Below are positions 20,602 through 30,767 of a stretch of DNA of 64,000 nt, in pieces. Source of the DNA: Bacteroidota bacterium (GTDB lineage Bacteria; Bacteroidota; Bacteroidia; Cytophagales; Cyclobacteriaceae). The translations under genes were made by a program, and so were the position numbers. The notes beneath the pieces are model-generated. The model ran no database searches. It was not told the DNA's origin and was given only the letters and a program-made list of their open reading frames with translations. Every line of letters begins with the position of its first letter. The stretch's first letter is position 1. The stretch is taken from the NCBI GenBank assembly GCA_013285945.1, contig JABDGP010000001.1, positions 9,081 to 73,080 of the forward strand. The letters are read 5' to 3'.

Positions 20602-21764
20602 TTTGAGGTCTGGTCAAAAATATTTTTTAAAATTCCCCTGTCCGCGTTTGACAAAACTATATTTCTGCGCGCCATCACACGTTCGGCCGTCTCTATAGCC
20701 TTTTCAAACTGATAAGTCACAAAACCCGAAGCTCCACCCCATGCAAATGACGGCACAAAATTGCGCGGATAGCCTGCTCCAAAAATATTGGAACTCACGC
20801 CCACTACAGTTCCGGTATTGAACATCGTGTTGATGCCGCTCTTGCTGTGATCACCCATGATGAGTCCGCAATTGGGCTGGCCGATATCAACGAAAGCATT
20901 TTTGGCATAGCTCCATAACCTCACATTGTCGTAGTTGTTTTTCAGGTTGGATGTGTTTGTATCGGCGCCAAGATTACACCATTCGCCCAATACGGAGTTT
21001 CCCAAAAAACCATCATGCCCTTTATTACTATAACCAAAAAGGACAGAATTGCTCACCTCGCCTCCGATTTTACAGAACGGGCCAATAGCTGTATCGGCTC
21101 GCATCTTGGCGCCCATGTTCACAATAGATTCTTCACCTAAAGCGAATGGCCCGCGGATAATAGCGCCTTCCTGCACTTGCGAATTTTTTCCGAGATAAAT
21201 CGGGCCATTATCAGCATTAAGGATGGCAGCATGAAGAGTTACGCCTTCTTCTAGAAAAATATTGTTATTGTTATAGGTGCGTGTGTGAGTGTCCGTGATG
21301 GCCGCTGATTTCCTGTTTGTCGTAATTAATTTAAAATCAGACCGAATCTGATTGCCACAGTTTTGAAAGATTTTCCAAGGTCTGTCGATCGACACAATTT
21401 CGTGACTGTACTCTGAGCTATTCCCGGAAATCACCTCAGGCAATTCATCCTCGTGTGTCCGCACGGCCAAAACCATTGAGTTTTTATGGATAGCATCGCC
21501 CAACTCCAGTTTTTTTATAGCATTGACAAGATGTTCGTCCGGGCAGATTGCTCCATTGATCCAAAGATTATCATCTGTGATTTTTGTCGGGAATTTTTCT
21601 TTAAGATATTCTTGAGTGCTGTACGATGTTATTGTTTTAAAATGCCTTTCCCATTTTTCGCGGATCGTAAGTATTCCTACACGCATACCTGCCACTGGTC
21701 GCGTAAAGGTAATCGGCAGCAGATGAATGCGTAGCGAAGGATCGTCAAACAAGATAATGTTCAT
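20598..21764 (-). CDS. GlmU-family sugar nucleotidyltransferase / hexapeptide-repeat protein
   Basis: LLPITFTRPV..MRVG N-terminus; left-handed beta-helix with NKGHDGFLGNS, NLGADTNTSNLKN. Confidence 0.85.
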   Translation of the reverse strand: MNIILFDDPSLRIHLLPITFTRPVAGMRVGILTIREKWERHFKTITSYSTQEYLKEKFPTKITDDNLWINGAICPDEHLVNAIKKLELGDAIHKNSMVLAVRTHEDELPEVISGNSSEYSHEIVSIDRPWKIFQNCGNQIRSDFKLITTNRKSAAITDTHTRTYNNNNIFLEEGVTLHAAILNADNGPIYLGKNSQVQEGAIIRGPFALGEESIVNMGAKMRADTAIGPFCKIGGEVSNSVLFGYSNKGHDGFLGNSVLGEWCNLGADTNTSNLKNNYDNVRLWSYAKNAFVDIGQPNCGLIMGDHSKSGINTMFNTGTVVGVSSNIFGAGYPRNFVPSFAWGGASGFVTYQFEKAIETAERVMARRNIVLSNADRGILKNIFDQTSK

Positions 21765-21792
21765 ATAAAATGAATTGGCGTGAAGTTAAGGC

Positions 21793-21819
21793 AAAAAAAA
21801 GAACCTCACACGGAGGTTC
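21793..21819 (-). terminator. Rho-independent terminator after rpmE2
   Basis: GAACCTC-acacg-GAGGTTC stem with adjacent A8 run (U-tract on minus strand). Confidence 0.75.
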
Positions 21820-21846
21820 CTTTGCTATAAAACGCTAAGAACAATA

Positions 21847-22092
21847 TTATTTTTTGCCGTATTTCTTTTGGAATTTTTCTACACGACCTGCAGTATCTAC
21901 AAACATTTTCTTGCCTGTGAAGAAAGGGTGTGAAGCTGAACTTACTTCGACTTTAATAACCGGGTATTCTTTACCATCGGTGAATTTGATTTTTTCCTTA
22001 GGCACGTTGGTTGAACGGCTTAAAAACTTAAAATCGCTGGATGTGTCCCAGAAAACAACTTCTTGATAGTTAGGATGGATGCTCTTTTTCAT
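21847..22092 (-). CDS. rpmE2: 50S ribosomal protein L31 type B
   Basis: MKKSIHPNY...[10 protein letters not shown]...DTAGRVEKF; no Zn-binding cysteines. -7 box TATTTTTG at 22112-22119 (minus). Confidence 0.95.
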   Translation of the reverse strand: MKKSIHPNYQEVVFWDTSSDFKFLSRSTNVPKEKIKFTDGKEYPVIKVEVSSASHPFFTGKKMFVDTAGRVEKFQKKYGKK

Positions 22093-22247
22093 ATTTTCTC
22101 TAAAAGGACTGCAAAAATATGGAAATAGAACAAATTTGCAACGCCGGATCAGCTCATTTTTTGTGCAAACCGGGAAAACCCTTTGGTTTTAGCTCAAAAA
22201 CAAAATAAAATGGGCAATTTTGATCCTGTTTACATTAGCTCAAGACT

Positions 22248-23939
22248 TTGAAAAGGATCGCAATATTCGTTTTTCTGATTATTCACTGGGCTGACTCATT
22301 GGCCCAAAGCACTAATGCCACGCTCAACGAAGACTATTATCATTGGATTACACGCTACGAAATAAAGACCGGCCATGTGGTTTCAGAGATTTTCTCAGCA
22401 GTCAGGCCTTTCCAACGCAAGGCTATTGTAGCATTTGTTGATTCCCTTGAAAAGAAAGACCATGTTTTTACCTCATCAGCAGATCGGTTCAATTATACCT
22501 ACTTGCGAAACGACAATTGGGAGTGGAGTGCGGCAGAGACCAATAACAGCGCGAAGCCATTTCTCGGTATGTATAAAAAGAAGTCAGATCTGGCCAAAGT
22601 AGACGTTCCCGATTTTGATCTGCATGTGAGCCCGGTGTTGTATTTAGGTGCCGGCAAAGACAGCAGGCTGAATCGATCCACATATATCAACTCGCGAGGT
22701 GTGGAGATTCGTGGCATGATAGACAGGAAAATTGGATTCTATACGTTCTTTACCGATAACCAGGAAATTCTTCCTGCCTACGCTTATGATGCGCTTACGC
22801 TAAACAACGTTTTTGTGGTGCCACACGAAGGTTTTTGGAAAACATATAAAAATGGGGGTGTAGATTTTTTTCAAGCTCGAGGCTATATTGATTTTAATGT
22901 CACCAAACATGTTTACGTACAGTTTGGCAACGACAGAACCTTTATAGGCAACGGCTTTCGTTCGTTGATTCTTTCGGATTATTCACCACCTAACCTTTTT
23001 CTAAGGGCGAATACTAAAATCTGGCGCATCAATTATTTTTTTCAGATCAGTCGTCTTGTAGCGAACGCTATGGGTAGCGCTGGTGGCTCAACCGCCAATA
23101 AAAGCTATCCGGTAAAATTCATGGCCTTTCACCATGCCAGTATCAACATTGGGAAGAAATTTAATTTGGGTGTTTTTGAATCGGTGATTTTTACGCCTCA
23201 GGATACTATCAATAAGAATACACTGCAATTGAATTACCTTAATCCTATTATTTTTTATCGCGCTATTGAACAGCAAGGCGGTAGCCCCGACAATGTGTTA
23301 TTGGGCGGTGATTTTAAATGGAATGCAACCAAAGGAATTTCATTTTACGGACAAGTTGTTATTGATGAATTTGTATTAAAAGAACTAAAGGCCGGTACAG
23401 GGTGGTGGGCAAATAAGTTCGCAATGCAAGGTGGTTTAAAATATATTGACGCGCTTAACGTCCCTAATCTTGATGTACAATTGGAAGCAAATCTTGTGAA
23501 GCCGTACACTTACTCGCATGACACGCAGTACAGCAATTACAGCAACTACAACCAGCCGTTGGCGCATCCGCTGGGAGCAAATTTCATGGAAGGTGTGGCC
23601 ATTGTAAGATACCAGCCCTTACCTAAGTTGAATCTCATTGCTAAAAGCTTCTACACGAAAATAGGTCGAGATACAGCCAAAGTGAATTGGGGCAGCGATA
23701 TTTTAAAAAACAATTCTACCCGACAGATGGACTATGGAAACAAGATAGGTCAGGGAGTTAAGAACACAATTGCGTTTCTTGATTTGACTGCATCGTATAT
23801 GGTTCGTCACAATGTATTTATTGACTTCAAGGCTACCATTCGTCACAGCAGTAGCCCGGTAGCTTTATACAATAATAATTCTACAATAACTTCAGTATCA
23901 TTGCGGTGGAATATTCCAGCGCGTACATACGATTTCTGA
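22248..23939 (+). CDS. Outer-membrane beta-barrel protein (Wzi-like / Bacteroidota family)
   Basis: Signal peptide, amphipathic strands, YLNPIIFYR and PLAHPLGANF motifs, C-terminal Phe; TTG start. Confidence 0.65.
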   Translation: MKRIAIFVFLIIHWADSLAQSTNATLNEDYYHWITRYEIKTGHVVSEIFSAVRPFQRKAIVAFVDSLEKKDHVFTSSADRFNYTYLRNDNWEWSAAETNNSAKPFLGMYKKKSDLAKVDVPDFDLHVSPVLYLGAGKDSRLNRSTYINSRGVEIRGMIDRKIGFYTFFTDNQEILPAYAYDALTLNNVFVVPHEGFWKTYKNGGVDFFQARGYIDFNVTKHVYVQFGNDRTFIGNGFRSLILSDYSPPNLFLRANTKIWRINYFFQISRLVANAMGSAGGSTANKSYPVKFMAFHHASINIGKKFNLGVFESVIFTPQDTINKNTLQLNYLNPIIFYRAIEQQGGSPDNVLLGGDFKWNATKGISFYGQVVIDEFVLKELKAGTGWWANKFAMQGGLKYIDALNVPNLDVQLEANLVKPYTYSHDTQYSNYSNYNQPLAHPLGANFMEGVAIVRYQPLPKLNLIAKSFYTKIGRDTAKVNWGSDILKNNSTRQMDYGNKIGQGVKNTIAFLDLTASYMVRHNVFIDFKATIRHSSSPVALYNNNSTITSVSLRWNIPARTYDF

Positions 23940-23943
23940 CCTA

Positions 23944-25773
23944 ATGAAAATTTTTCTCCGCATCCTTTCATATGCTAATACCATTGGTCGCCGGCTAGGG
24001 TTCTTTTTTTTATACTCCGTTCTAGGGATCATCTTTGGTGCATTCAACATTGTGTTGGTAATACCTATGCTTAGCTCGTTGTTTAAGCAAAGCAATGGCG
24101 CTGTAGTTGTTCCGGCTCTCCCCTCATTTAGTTTTTCTACTGATTTTATTGTTGACACTTTCTATCATTATTATCTGGGAGTAGTGCGCGATTACGGAGA
24201 ATTGAATTCGTTGCTATTCGTATGTGGCTTGATAGTAGTTTGCGTAGTGCTGGCCAATTTATTTCGCTACCTCGAACGGGTAATTGCTACAAAAATCAGA
24301 GTTGATTTGGTGAAGAACATCCGGATGGACATTTTCAGAAAAGTATCGCTCTTACATATCGGCTATTTTAATATTGAGCGCAAAGGCGACTTGATATCAC
24401 GATTCACCAATGATGTGATGGAAGTAGAGAATGCAGTGATGAATAGTCTTAAAGCTGTATTGAAAGAGCCGATCACTATCATTGTCTATTTCTTTGTACT
24501 GTTTACTATATCGCCACAGCTCACTTTGTTTACGCTTCTTGTCCTTCCACTGACAGGAGGAGTTTTAGCGGAGATTATCAAGCGATTAAAACGTCAAGCC
24601 AAGGAAAGTCAGGAATCGCTTGGGCGTATCGTGAATATTCTGGATGAAACTTTTAGCGGTATGCGTGTAGTAAAAGCGTTTAATGCTCGCGATTTTGTCA
24701 TCGATAAAATAGAAAAGGAAAGCGCTTACTATCGCAAGGTGAATAAATCGATGTCGTACAAGAACGAGTTGGCCTCTCCAGTTTCGGAAATCCTCGGTGT
24801 GCTGATTATTGCTGGGATTATTTTCTTTGGTGGTAACATGGTGCTCAGCAACGGTTCTTCATTGAAACCTGAAGTCTTTCTTGGGTTTATTGCTGTCTTT
24901 GCCCAAATCATTCAGCCAGCAAAGAATTTCTCTAATGGGATTACTTCTTTGCAAAAAGGTACCGCTTCGGCTAAACGCATTTTTGAAATGATTGACAGTG
25001 AGCCTGCCATAAAAAATAAACCTAATGCCGTTGAGTTGAAAAGTTTTGAACGGGAAATTGAGTTTAAGAATGTCTCCTTCGCCTATGAGTCAGATTTGGT
25101 TTTAAAAAACATTAACCTAAAAATTGAGAAGGGTAAAACAATTGCACTTGTCGGCACATCGGGCGGAGGTAAATCCACACTCGCAGATCTGGTTCCTCGT
25201 TTTTATGATCCAACGAATGGTGAAGTGTGTATCGATGGAAAATCGCTTACCGATTATGATATTGAATCGTTGCGCAAACAAATGGGCGTAGTAACGCAAG
25301 AATCTATTTTATTTAATGACACCATCTTCAACAACATTGCATTTGGTAATCCTCAGTTAAGTCAGGAGGCCGTGATACAAGCTGCTAAGATTGCCAACGC
25401 TCATGACTTTATCATGCAAACTGAAAATGGGTATAATACCTTTATTGGTGAACGAGGATCAAAACTTTCAGGTGGTCAGCGGCAGCGACTTAGTATTGCT
25501 CGCGCCGTGTTGAAGAATCCGCCAATTTTAATTTTAGATGAAGCTACGTCTGCGTTAGACTCAGAGTCTGAGAAACTGGTTCAAGAGGCATTGGCAAACC
25601 TGATGAAAAACCGAACTTCATTGGTGATTGCACACCGGCTGAGTACGATTCAACACGCTGATGAAATTTTGGTAGTGCGACATGGGCAGATTGTAGAGCG
25701 GGGTACACATGAAAACCTGAACAATCAAAATGGGTTATACAAAAAGCTGGTGGACATCCAAAAGACGGTATAG
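23944..25773 (+). CDS. ABC exporter permease/ATPase (MsbA-like)
   Basis: TM domain plus GTSGGGKST, LSGGQRQR, LDEATSALD, IAHRLST. Confidence 0.9.
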   Translation: MKIFLRILSYANTIGRRLGFFFLYSVLGIIFGAFNIVLVIPMLSSLFKQSNGAVVVPALPSFSFSTDFIVDTFYHYYLGVVRDYGELNSLLFVCGLIVVCVVLANLFRYLERVIATKIRVDLVKNIRMDIFRKVSLLHIGYFNIERKGDLISRFTNDVMEVENAVMNSLKAVLKEPITIIVYFFVLFTISPQLTLFTLLVLPLTGGVLAEIIKRLKRQAKESQESLGRIVNILDETFSGMRVVKAFNARDFVIDKIEKESAYYRKVNKSMSYKNELASPVSEILGVLIIAGIIFFGGNMVLSNGSSLKPEVFLGFIAVFAQIIQPAKNFSNGITSLQKGTASAKRIFEMIDSEPAIKNKPNAVELKSFEREIEFKNVSFAYESDLVLKNINLKIEKGKTIALVGTSGGGKSTLADLVPRFYDPTNGEVCIDGKSLTDYDIESLRKQMGVVTQESILFNDTIFNNIAFGNPQLSQEAVIQAAKIANAHDFIMQTENGYNTFIGERGSKLSGGQRQRLSIARAVLKNPPILILDEATSALDSESEKLVQEALANLMKNRTSLVIAHRLSTIQHADEILVVRHGQIVERGTHENLNNQNGLYKKLVDIQKTV

Positions 25774-25861
25774 CTGCCTGAATTTGATGCATGGTTTTGA
25801 CTGGAATTGCATTTTTTACATATATTCGAAAGAGTAAGTTTGCCTTCTTAATTAAAAAAGC

Positions 25862-26086
25862 ATGAACACACGCCGGATCATCTTCTTATCCATTTTTGGA
25901 TTGTATCAACTTTCCATTTTTGTTTTTACGGTCTTTATGGAATCCAAACAGAATGATCTCAGCTTCTTGTTTGATATGTTTAAGAGAATAAGCTTGTTTA
26001 AATATGGCGCACTGCTCGGTTTGATTTTGTTAGTGGCCGAATTTGTGTGGGCTTCGGCGGATGCCAAAAAGGCGAAACAACTTTAA
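25862..26086 (+). CDS. Small two-TM hypothetical protein
   Basis: 74-aa ORF with two hydrophobic segments, A-rich leader, 7 nt before gmhA start. Confidence 0.65.
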   Translation: MNTRRIIFLSIFGLYQLSIFVFTVFMESKQNDLSFLFDMFKRISLFKYGALLGLILLVAEFVWASADAKKAKQL

Positions 26087-26093
26087 TGATCCA

Positions 26094-26672
26094 ATGGATT
26101 CTCGTGAAGTAATAGTAGCAGAATTACAGCAGGCAGCTCATGTACTTGAGAAGTTCATGAATAATGAGCACAACCTTGTACTGATCGAACAAGCCGCAAA
26201 AATAATTGCAGATTCAATCAATCACGGTGGCAAGGTTATTTCCTGCGGCAACGGAGGTTCGCATTGTGATGCCATGCACTTTGCCGAAGAATTGACGGGC
26301 CGTTATCGTGAAAACCGAAAAGCTATCCCAGCACTTTGTATATCAGATCCAAGCCATATTTCCTGTGTAAGCAATGATTTTGGCTACGAATTTATTTTTT
26401 CCCGCTATATAGAAGCCCTTGGAAAGTCGGGGGATGTGCTGCTGGGGCTTAGTACCAGTGGCAATTCTATGAATATCATCCGGGCGGCGGAGGCAGCAAA
26501 AGAAAAGGGAATGAAGGTAATTATCCTTTCGGGGAAAGACGGTGGTAAACTTGCGCCGTTAGCCGATCTGGAGTTACGAGTCTCTCACCACGGCTATGCT
26601 GACCGCATTCAGGAAGTACATATCAAGATCATTCACATTCTCATGCTTTTGATCGAAAAGCAGGTAGCCTGA
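26094..26672 (+). CDS. gmhA: D-sedoheptulose 7-phosphate isomerase
   Basis: [35 protein letters not shown]; start ATG 26094. Confidence 0.95.
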   Translation: MDSREVIVAELQQAAHVLEKFMNNEHNLVLIEQAAKIIADSINHGGKVISCGNGGSHCDAMHFAEELTGRYRENRKAIPALCISDPSHISCVSNDFGYEFIFSRYIEALGKSGDVLLGLSTSGNSMNIIRAAEAAKEKGMKVIILSGKDGGKLAPLADLELRVSHHGYADRIQEVHIKIIHILMLLIEKQVA

Positions 26673-26752
26673 TTTTAGGCCATTTTCCTAGTCATTCAGT
26701 AGCGTCTCCCTTTGGATTGTAGATTATCACGAGTTTTTATTTTGTATTCCTC

Positions 26753-26784
26753 GACAAATGTCTTATATTTATGTGTCATTTGTC
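26753..26784. promoter_or_regulatory. Inverted-repeat operator over TA promoter
   Basis: GACAAATG (26753-26760) and CATTTGTC (26777-26784) flank TATATTTA (-7-like), 4 nt before ATG 26789. Confidence 0.7.
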
Positions 26785-26788
26785 TGAT

Positions 26789-27235
26789 ATGAAAAAAATC
26801 ACTAAAGATTCCGCTCCGGTAAAACCCAAGGGAAGAATAGGTTACGTCATCTTAGAGGAAGATTCTTGGGGCCGTGTTGGTGAAAGCCTTGGCGAATATG
26901 GTTTCACGTATGGTCGTGTAGAGCCACTGTTTCTGTTTCTTGGCTTATCTCAGGAAGAATCTGCAAAGGTGGCAGGGGTTTCGGCGCGTACACTTTCACG
27001 CTGGGATGACCAAACTGCAATCGGGCTTGTAGCAAGTGAGCGAGCGGCCAAAATAGATCACCTCGTAAAGACCGGCATCGAAATTTTCAAAAACGAAAAG
27101 TCATTCAAAACCTGGTTTGCAGAGAAGAATTTTTCTCTCGGAGGAAAATCACCAAAGCAAATACTCGGGCAGCCGTTTGGCCTGGATTTAATTCATGATA
27201 CTTTGCTGGCTGTGCAGTTTGGCAATGTGATGTGA
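26789..27235 (+). CDS. Xre/MbcA/ParS-type antitoxin
   Basis: HTH (LSQEESAKVAGVSARTLSRW), SER, C-terminal W...NFSLGGKSP...G..L; upstream of a RES gene. Confidence 0.85.
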   Translation: MKKITKDSAPVKPKGRIGYVILEEDSWGRVGESLGEYGFTYGRVEPLFLFLGLSQEESAKVAGVSARTLSRWDDQTAIGLVASERAAKIDHLVKTGIEIFKNEKSFKTWFAEKNFSLGGKSPKQILGQPFGLDLIHDTLLAVQFGNVM

Positions 27236-27236
27236 T

Positions 27237-27701
27237 ATGAGCGTATTCGTTCATCGGGTGATGTCACGGACTCATCATAAGAATCCCTGGGGCTTTGGCA
27301 ACTCATCAGCGCGTTGGAACCCGGCGGGTTATCCGATCATTTATACTGCCTCTCATCTATCATTGTGCACCACGGAGTTGATGGCGATTATGGGTACGAA
27401 TGTACGTCTTCATGATTGGTGCCGCGTGATCTATAAAGTAGATAGTAAAATTATCTTTATAAACAAGAACACGCTGCCATCGGATTGGCAACACAGGCCA
27501 CATCCTGCATCCACACAAGAGATCGGTAAGATGTGGTTGTTACAACAAAAAACTCCTATTCTGGCCGTGCCATCCGCCCGACTTCCAATTTCGGTTTATC
27601 CCTCAGAATATAATTTATTACTCAACCCATTGCATCCTGATCTTCGTAAGAAAATTTCTGTTTACAGAACTGAAGATTTTGATTTTGCAATGAATGACTA
27701 A
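27237..27701 (+). CDS. RES-domain toxin (NAD+-targeting family)
   Basis: HR, ARWN, IIYTAS...TE, VPSA, EYNLLLNPLHP RES motifs. Confidence 0.88.
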   Translation: MSVFVHRVMSRTHHKNPWGFGNSSARWNPAGYPIIYTASHLSLCTTELMAIMGTNVRLHDWCRVIYKVDSKIIFINKNTLPSDWQHRPHPASTQEIGKMWLLQQKTPILAVPSARLPISVYPSEYNLLLNPLHPDLRKKISVYRTEDFDFAMND

Positions 27702-28307
27702 TCACTTCTTTTTTTCCAGAATAGCTTTCATCGCTTTAAATGACTGATGCGGAGCATTCGCACAAACCCAATTGACAAGCCATGCTGGCACAGATCCGCC
27801 AGGGTCGATTTGAATAGCATATTTTATTAAAAGCCGATTATCTCCCTTTTCAGTTATCAGCCATTGAGAATGTGATGACGGCACCCGAATTAAACCTTTC
27901 TTCTCTGCGACAATATTTTTCTCGCTGTTGGCCGTAACGGTAAGCTCGTGAACCTTAGTGCTAACTATTCGAAACCGTACTACCATGTCACGGTCTTCTA
28001 TCGGCCAGGGCGCTTCAATCTTCGCATAATAAATGGACTCGGAGTCGTTGATCTTTTTAATTTCTTTAGCTTCTATAGTATTGTATTGCCAAGTGGTATA
28101 GTTGGGAAAATTTAACAGAAAGTCTTTCAGTTGTGGTAATGTGGTATTTACTGAAAACTCAGCCAGGATGGATTTGAATTTTGATGTATCAGTATTGCAG
28201 GTGTAAACCCGAATGCTATCCTGGTCTTTTCGAAGTTTGCAATTGGTTTGAGCTACACTTGAAAAAGTAATGGCCAGGAAAAGTATCGGGAGGCAATTAC
28301 TTTTCAT
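27702..28307 (-). CDS. START-domain lipid-binding protein
   Basis: Signal peptide; APWPIEDRD and DPGGSVPAWLVN motifs. Confidence 0.85.
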   Translation of the reverse strand: MKSNCLPILFLAITFSSVAQTNCKLRKDQDSIRVYTCNTDTSKFKSILAEFSVNTTLPQLKDFLLNFPNYTTWQYNTIEAKEIKKINDSESIYYAKIEAPWPIEDRDMVVRFRIVSTKVHELTVTANSEKNIVAEKKGLIRVPSSHSQWLITEKGDNRLLIKYAIQIDPGGSVPAWLVNWVCANAPHQSFKAMKAILEKKK

Positions 28308-29170
28308 GAGGAATTTTTCCCTCGTGTTTTTTCCAGCATATCCCACATTTCGCTGGGAATAGTTTCAAGGTGGCTGAATTCGCCTCCGTTTCTAAGCCAC
28401 TCACCTCCATCGATAGTAATAACTTCGCCATTGACATAGGCAGAAAATTCAGATAACATATAAGCGGCAAGATTTGCCAGCTCCTGGTGGTCGCCTACGC
28501 GCTTGAGCGGTACGCGCTGTGCCGGATCAAATTTTTTCACAAGGTCACCGGGTAATAGACGGCTCCATGCGCCTTCGGTAGGAAAAGGTCCTGGTGCAAT
28601 AGCATTGCTGCGGATGTTATACTTTGCCCACTCCACCGCCAACGATCGTGTGAGAGCCAGCACTCCAGACTTGGCGCATGCCGATGGCACCACATAACCC
28701 GAGCCTGTCCATGCATAAGTAGTCACAATGTTTAGAAAGACCCCGGGTTGTTTTTTTGCGATCCAGTTCTTGCCTGCTGCAAGTGTTGTGTAGTAAGTAC
28801 CTTTCAAAACGATATCAACCACGATATCAAATGCGCGGTGTGAGAGCCTTTCGGTTGGACTGATAAAATTTCCTGCGGCATTATTTAGTACTGCATCTAT
28901 TTTGCCAAAGCGTGATTCGGTCTCCTTGATTACTTTTTCAATCTCTTCGTATTTGCGCACGTCGCAAGCCACAGCCAAAACTTTGCCGCCTGTTTGTTGC
29001 TCAAGTTCAGATGCAGTTTTGTCGAGCACTTCTTTTTTGCGACTGGTAATAACCAGATTGGCGCCAAGTTCAAGTAAATATTTTCCGATCGACCGGCCAA
29101 GTCCTGTGCCTCCTCCGGTAATGACAATAGTTTTACCATTGAAGGATCCGGGTTTGAGCATGCCTTCCAT
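28304..29170 (-). CDS. SDR, 2,4-dienoyl-CoA reductase-like
   Basis: TGGGTGLG, NNAAGNF, SACAK, IAPGPFPT, DGGEWL. Confidence 0.85.
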   Translation of the reverse strand: MEGMLKPGSFNGKTIVITGGGTGLGRSIGKYLLELGANLVITSRKKEVLDKTASELEQQTGGKVLAVACDVRKYEEIEKVIKETESRFGKIDAVLNNAAGNFISPTERLSHRAFDIVVDIVLKGTYYTTLAAGKNWIAKKQPGVFLNIVTTYAWTGSGYVVPSACAKSGVLALTRSLAVEWAKYNIRSNAIAPGPFPTEGAWSRLLPGDLVKKFDPAQRVPLKRVGDHQELANLAAYMLSEFSAYVNGEVITIDGGEWLRNGGEFSHLETIPSEMWDMLEKTRGKNSS

Positions 29171-29254
29171 ATTCTTTTTATTGAAAGATAGTGTTAAGTG
29201 TAGTTGCCAACCAATGAATAATAGATAATTTTGTTCAACTCATTTTTTAAACTT

Positions 29255-30205
29255 ATGAAATCACACATCCTCAGCTATCTGGTCATCGCTCTCGTTTTTA
29301 ATTCTTGTATTGTAAGCAAGAAAAAATTTGATGACATGCTAGCACAAAAAGTGCAAGCCGAAGGTGAACTTGAAGATAAATCTAAAAAACTTGATCAGGC
29401 GAATGCCTCCCTGGCACAACTTAATGAGTCGTTGAAAAAGTTAAAGCAGGACTCAAGTGATCTAGCCCAAAATTTGCAAACCGGAAATAAAAAACTAACG
29501 GATTTAAATAATGAGTTTGAAAAATTGAATGCTAATTATAAAACCTCACTGAATAAAAGCGGCAAACTCAACCAGGATCTTGCCCAACAGCGCGACCAGC
29601 TTTTGGCAATACAAGACAATCTTGAAAAGACACGAAAAGCAAATGATTCACTAAGCAATAGTCTGGCTGAGCGAGAGAAGAAGGTGAAAGAATTGGAGCA
29701 AGTCCTTGCCAACAAAGACAAGGCCGTTCAGGATTTGAAAAACAGAATAAGCAATGCGTTGCTGAACTTCAAAGAAAATGACCTTACGGTAAAAGTGAAA
29801 AACGGGAAAGTCTATGTGTCGTTGGCCGAGCAATTACTCTTCGGCTCGGGAAGTATTGTAGTTGATAAAAAAGGCGAAGGCGCATTGCAGCAGTTGGCAA
29901 AGGCAATCAAAGACCAGAAAGACATTCATGTGATGATTGAGGGCCACACCGATAATGTACCGATCTCGCAAAAAACAAAATACATGGAAGACAATTGGGA
30001 TCTGAGCGTATTGCGCGCTACATCAATTACCCGGATTCTGATCAAGGCCGGTATGTCAACTAATCAAATTGCTGCCTCGGGCAGAGGAGAGTTTTCACCC
30101 GTGGCTTCAAATGATAACTCACTGAACAAACAAAAGAACCGCAGGACAGAAATCATTGTCACGCCTAACTTAGATGAATTGTTTAAAATCCTGGACGCTA
30201 ACTAA
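29255..30205 (+). CDS. OmpA/MotB-family lipoprotein with coiled coil
   Basis: Lipobox FNSC, long coiled coil, EGHTD, NWDLSVLRA, NRRTEI. Confidence 0.88.
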   Translation: MKSHILSYLVIALVFNSCIVSKKKFDDMLAQKVQAEGELEDKSKKLDQANASLAQLNESLKKLKQDSSDLAQNLQTGNKKLTDLNNEFEKLNANYKTSLNKSGKLNQDLAQQRDQLLAIQDNLEKTRKANDSLSNSLAEREKKVKELEQVLANKDKAVQDLKNRISNALLNFKENDLTVKVKNGKVYVSLAEQLLFGSGSIVVDKKGEGALQQLAKAIKDQKDIHVMIEGHTDNVPISQKTKYMEDNWDLSVLRATSITRILIKAGMSTNQIAASGRGEFSPVASNDNSLNKQKNRRTEIIVTPNLDELFKILDAN

Positions 30206-30211
30206 AATACT

Positions 30212-30379
30212 ATGAGCCGCCTTATCAGTTTATTGGTTTTGATTTTGGATATCGTTGTTGTCATGGACATCCTTAAAAGCAACAAAGACACAGAGAAGAA
30301 AATCCTCTGGATTATAGTAGTAGTTTTCCTGCCGTTGCTCGGCCCGATTATATATTATCTTGTTGGTAGAAATAGATAG
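30212..30379 (+). CDS. Small PLDc N-terminal-domain (two-TM) protein, 55 aa
   Basis: Not in ORF track: MSRLISLLVLILDIVVVMDILKSNKDTEKKILWIIVVVFLPLLGPIIYYLVGRNR; K..W...LPLLG.I.Y..GR signature. Confidence 0.85.
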   Translation: MSRLISLLVLILDIVVVMDILKSNKDTEKKILWIIVVVFLPLLGPIIYYLVGRNR

Positions 30380-30386
30380 GTCAGAA

Positions 30387-30767
30387 TCAGTCATCCTTCG
30401 GTTCCCATAATTCTATTTTGTTTCCTTCGGGATCCATTATCCACCCAAATTTTCCGTAAGGATACTCTTGGATTTCGCCTACAATCTGCACACCTTCTTC
30501 TTTGAGCACCTTTAGTAGTTCAACTAAATTTTCCACACGGTAGTTAAACATAAATTGTTTTTCGCTTGGCGCGAAATAGTTGCTATCATCTTTAAACGGG
30601 TTCCAGGCTGTAATCGCAAGAGCTTTAGTGTCTTTGTCATTCGGATCGATCCATTGGAAACCATATTCATTGGTAGGTACTCCAAGATGCTTGCCGTACC
30701 ATTCTTTTATTTTCTTTGGGTCTTTCGTTTTGAAGAAAACCCCGCCAAGGCCAGTTACTCGTTTCAT
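30387..30767 (-). CDS. VOC/glyoxalase family protein
   Basis: RVTGLGGVFFK, NYRV, YGKFGWIMDPEGNKIELWEP. Confidence 0.9.
   Translation of the reverse strand: MKRVTGLGGVFFKTKDPKKIKEWYGKHLGVPTNEYGFQWIDPNDKDTKALAITAWNPFKDDSNYFAPSEKQFMFNYRVENLVELLKVLKEEGVQIVGEIQEYPYGKFGWIMDPEGNKIELWEPKDD

Noticed and set aside
21847-22092. Type-B L31 as a zinc-starvation paralog
   Set aside because: Zn-free L31 is the usual form in Bacteroidota; no rpmJ2 or Zur box seen.
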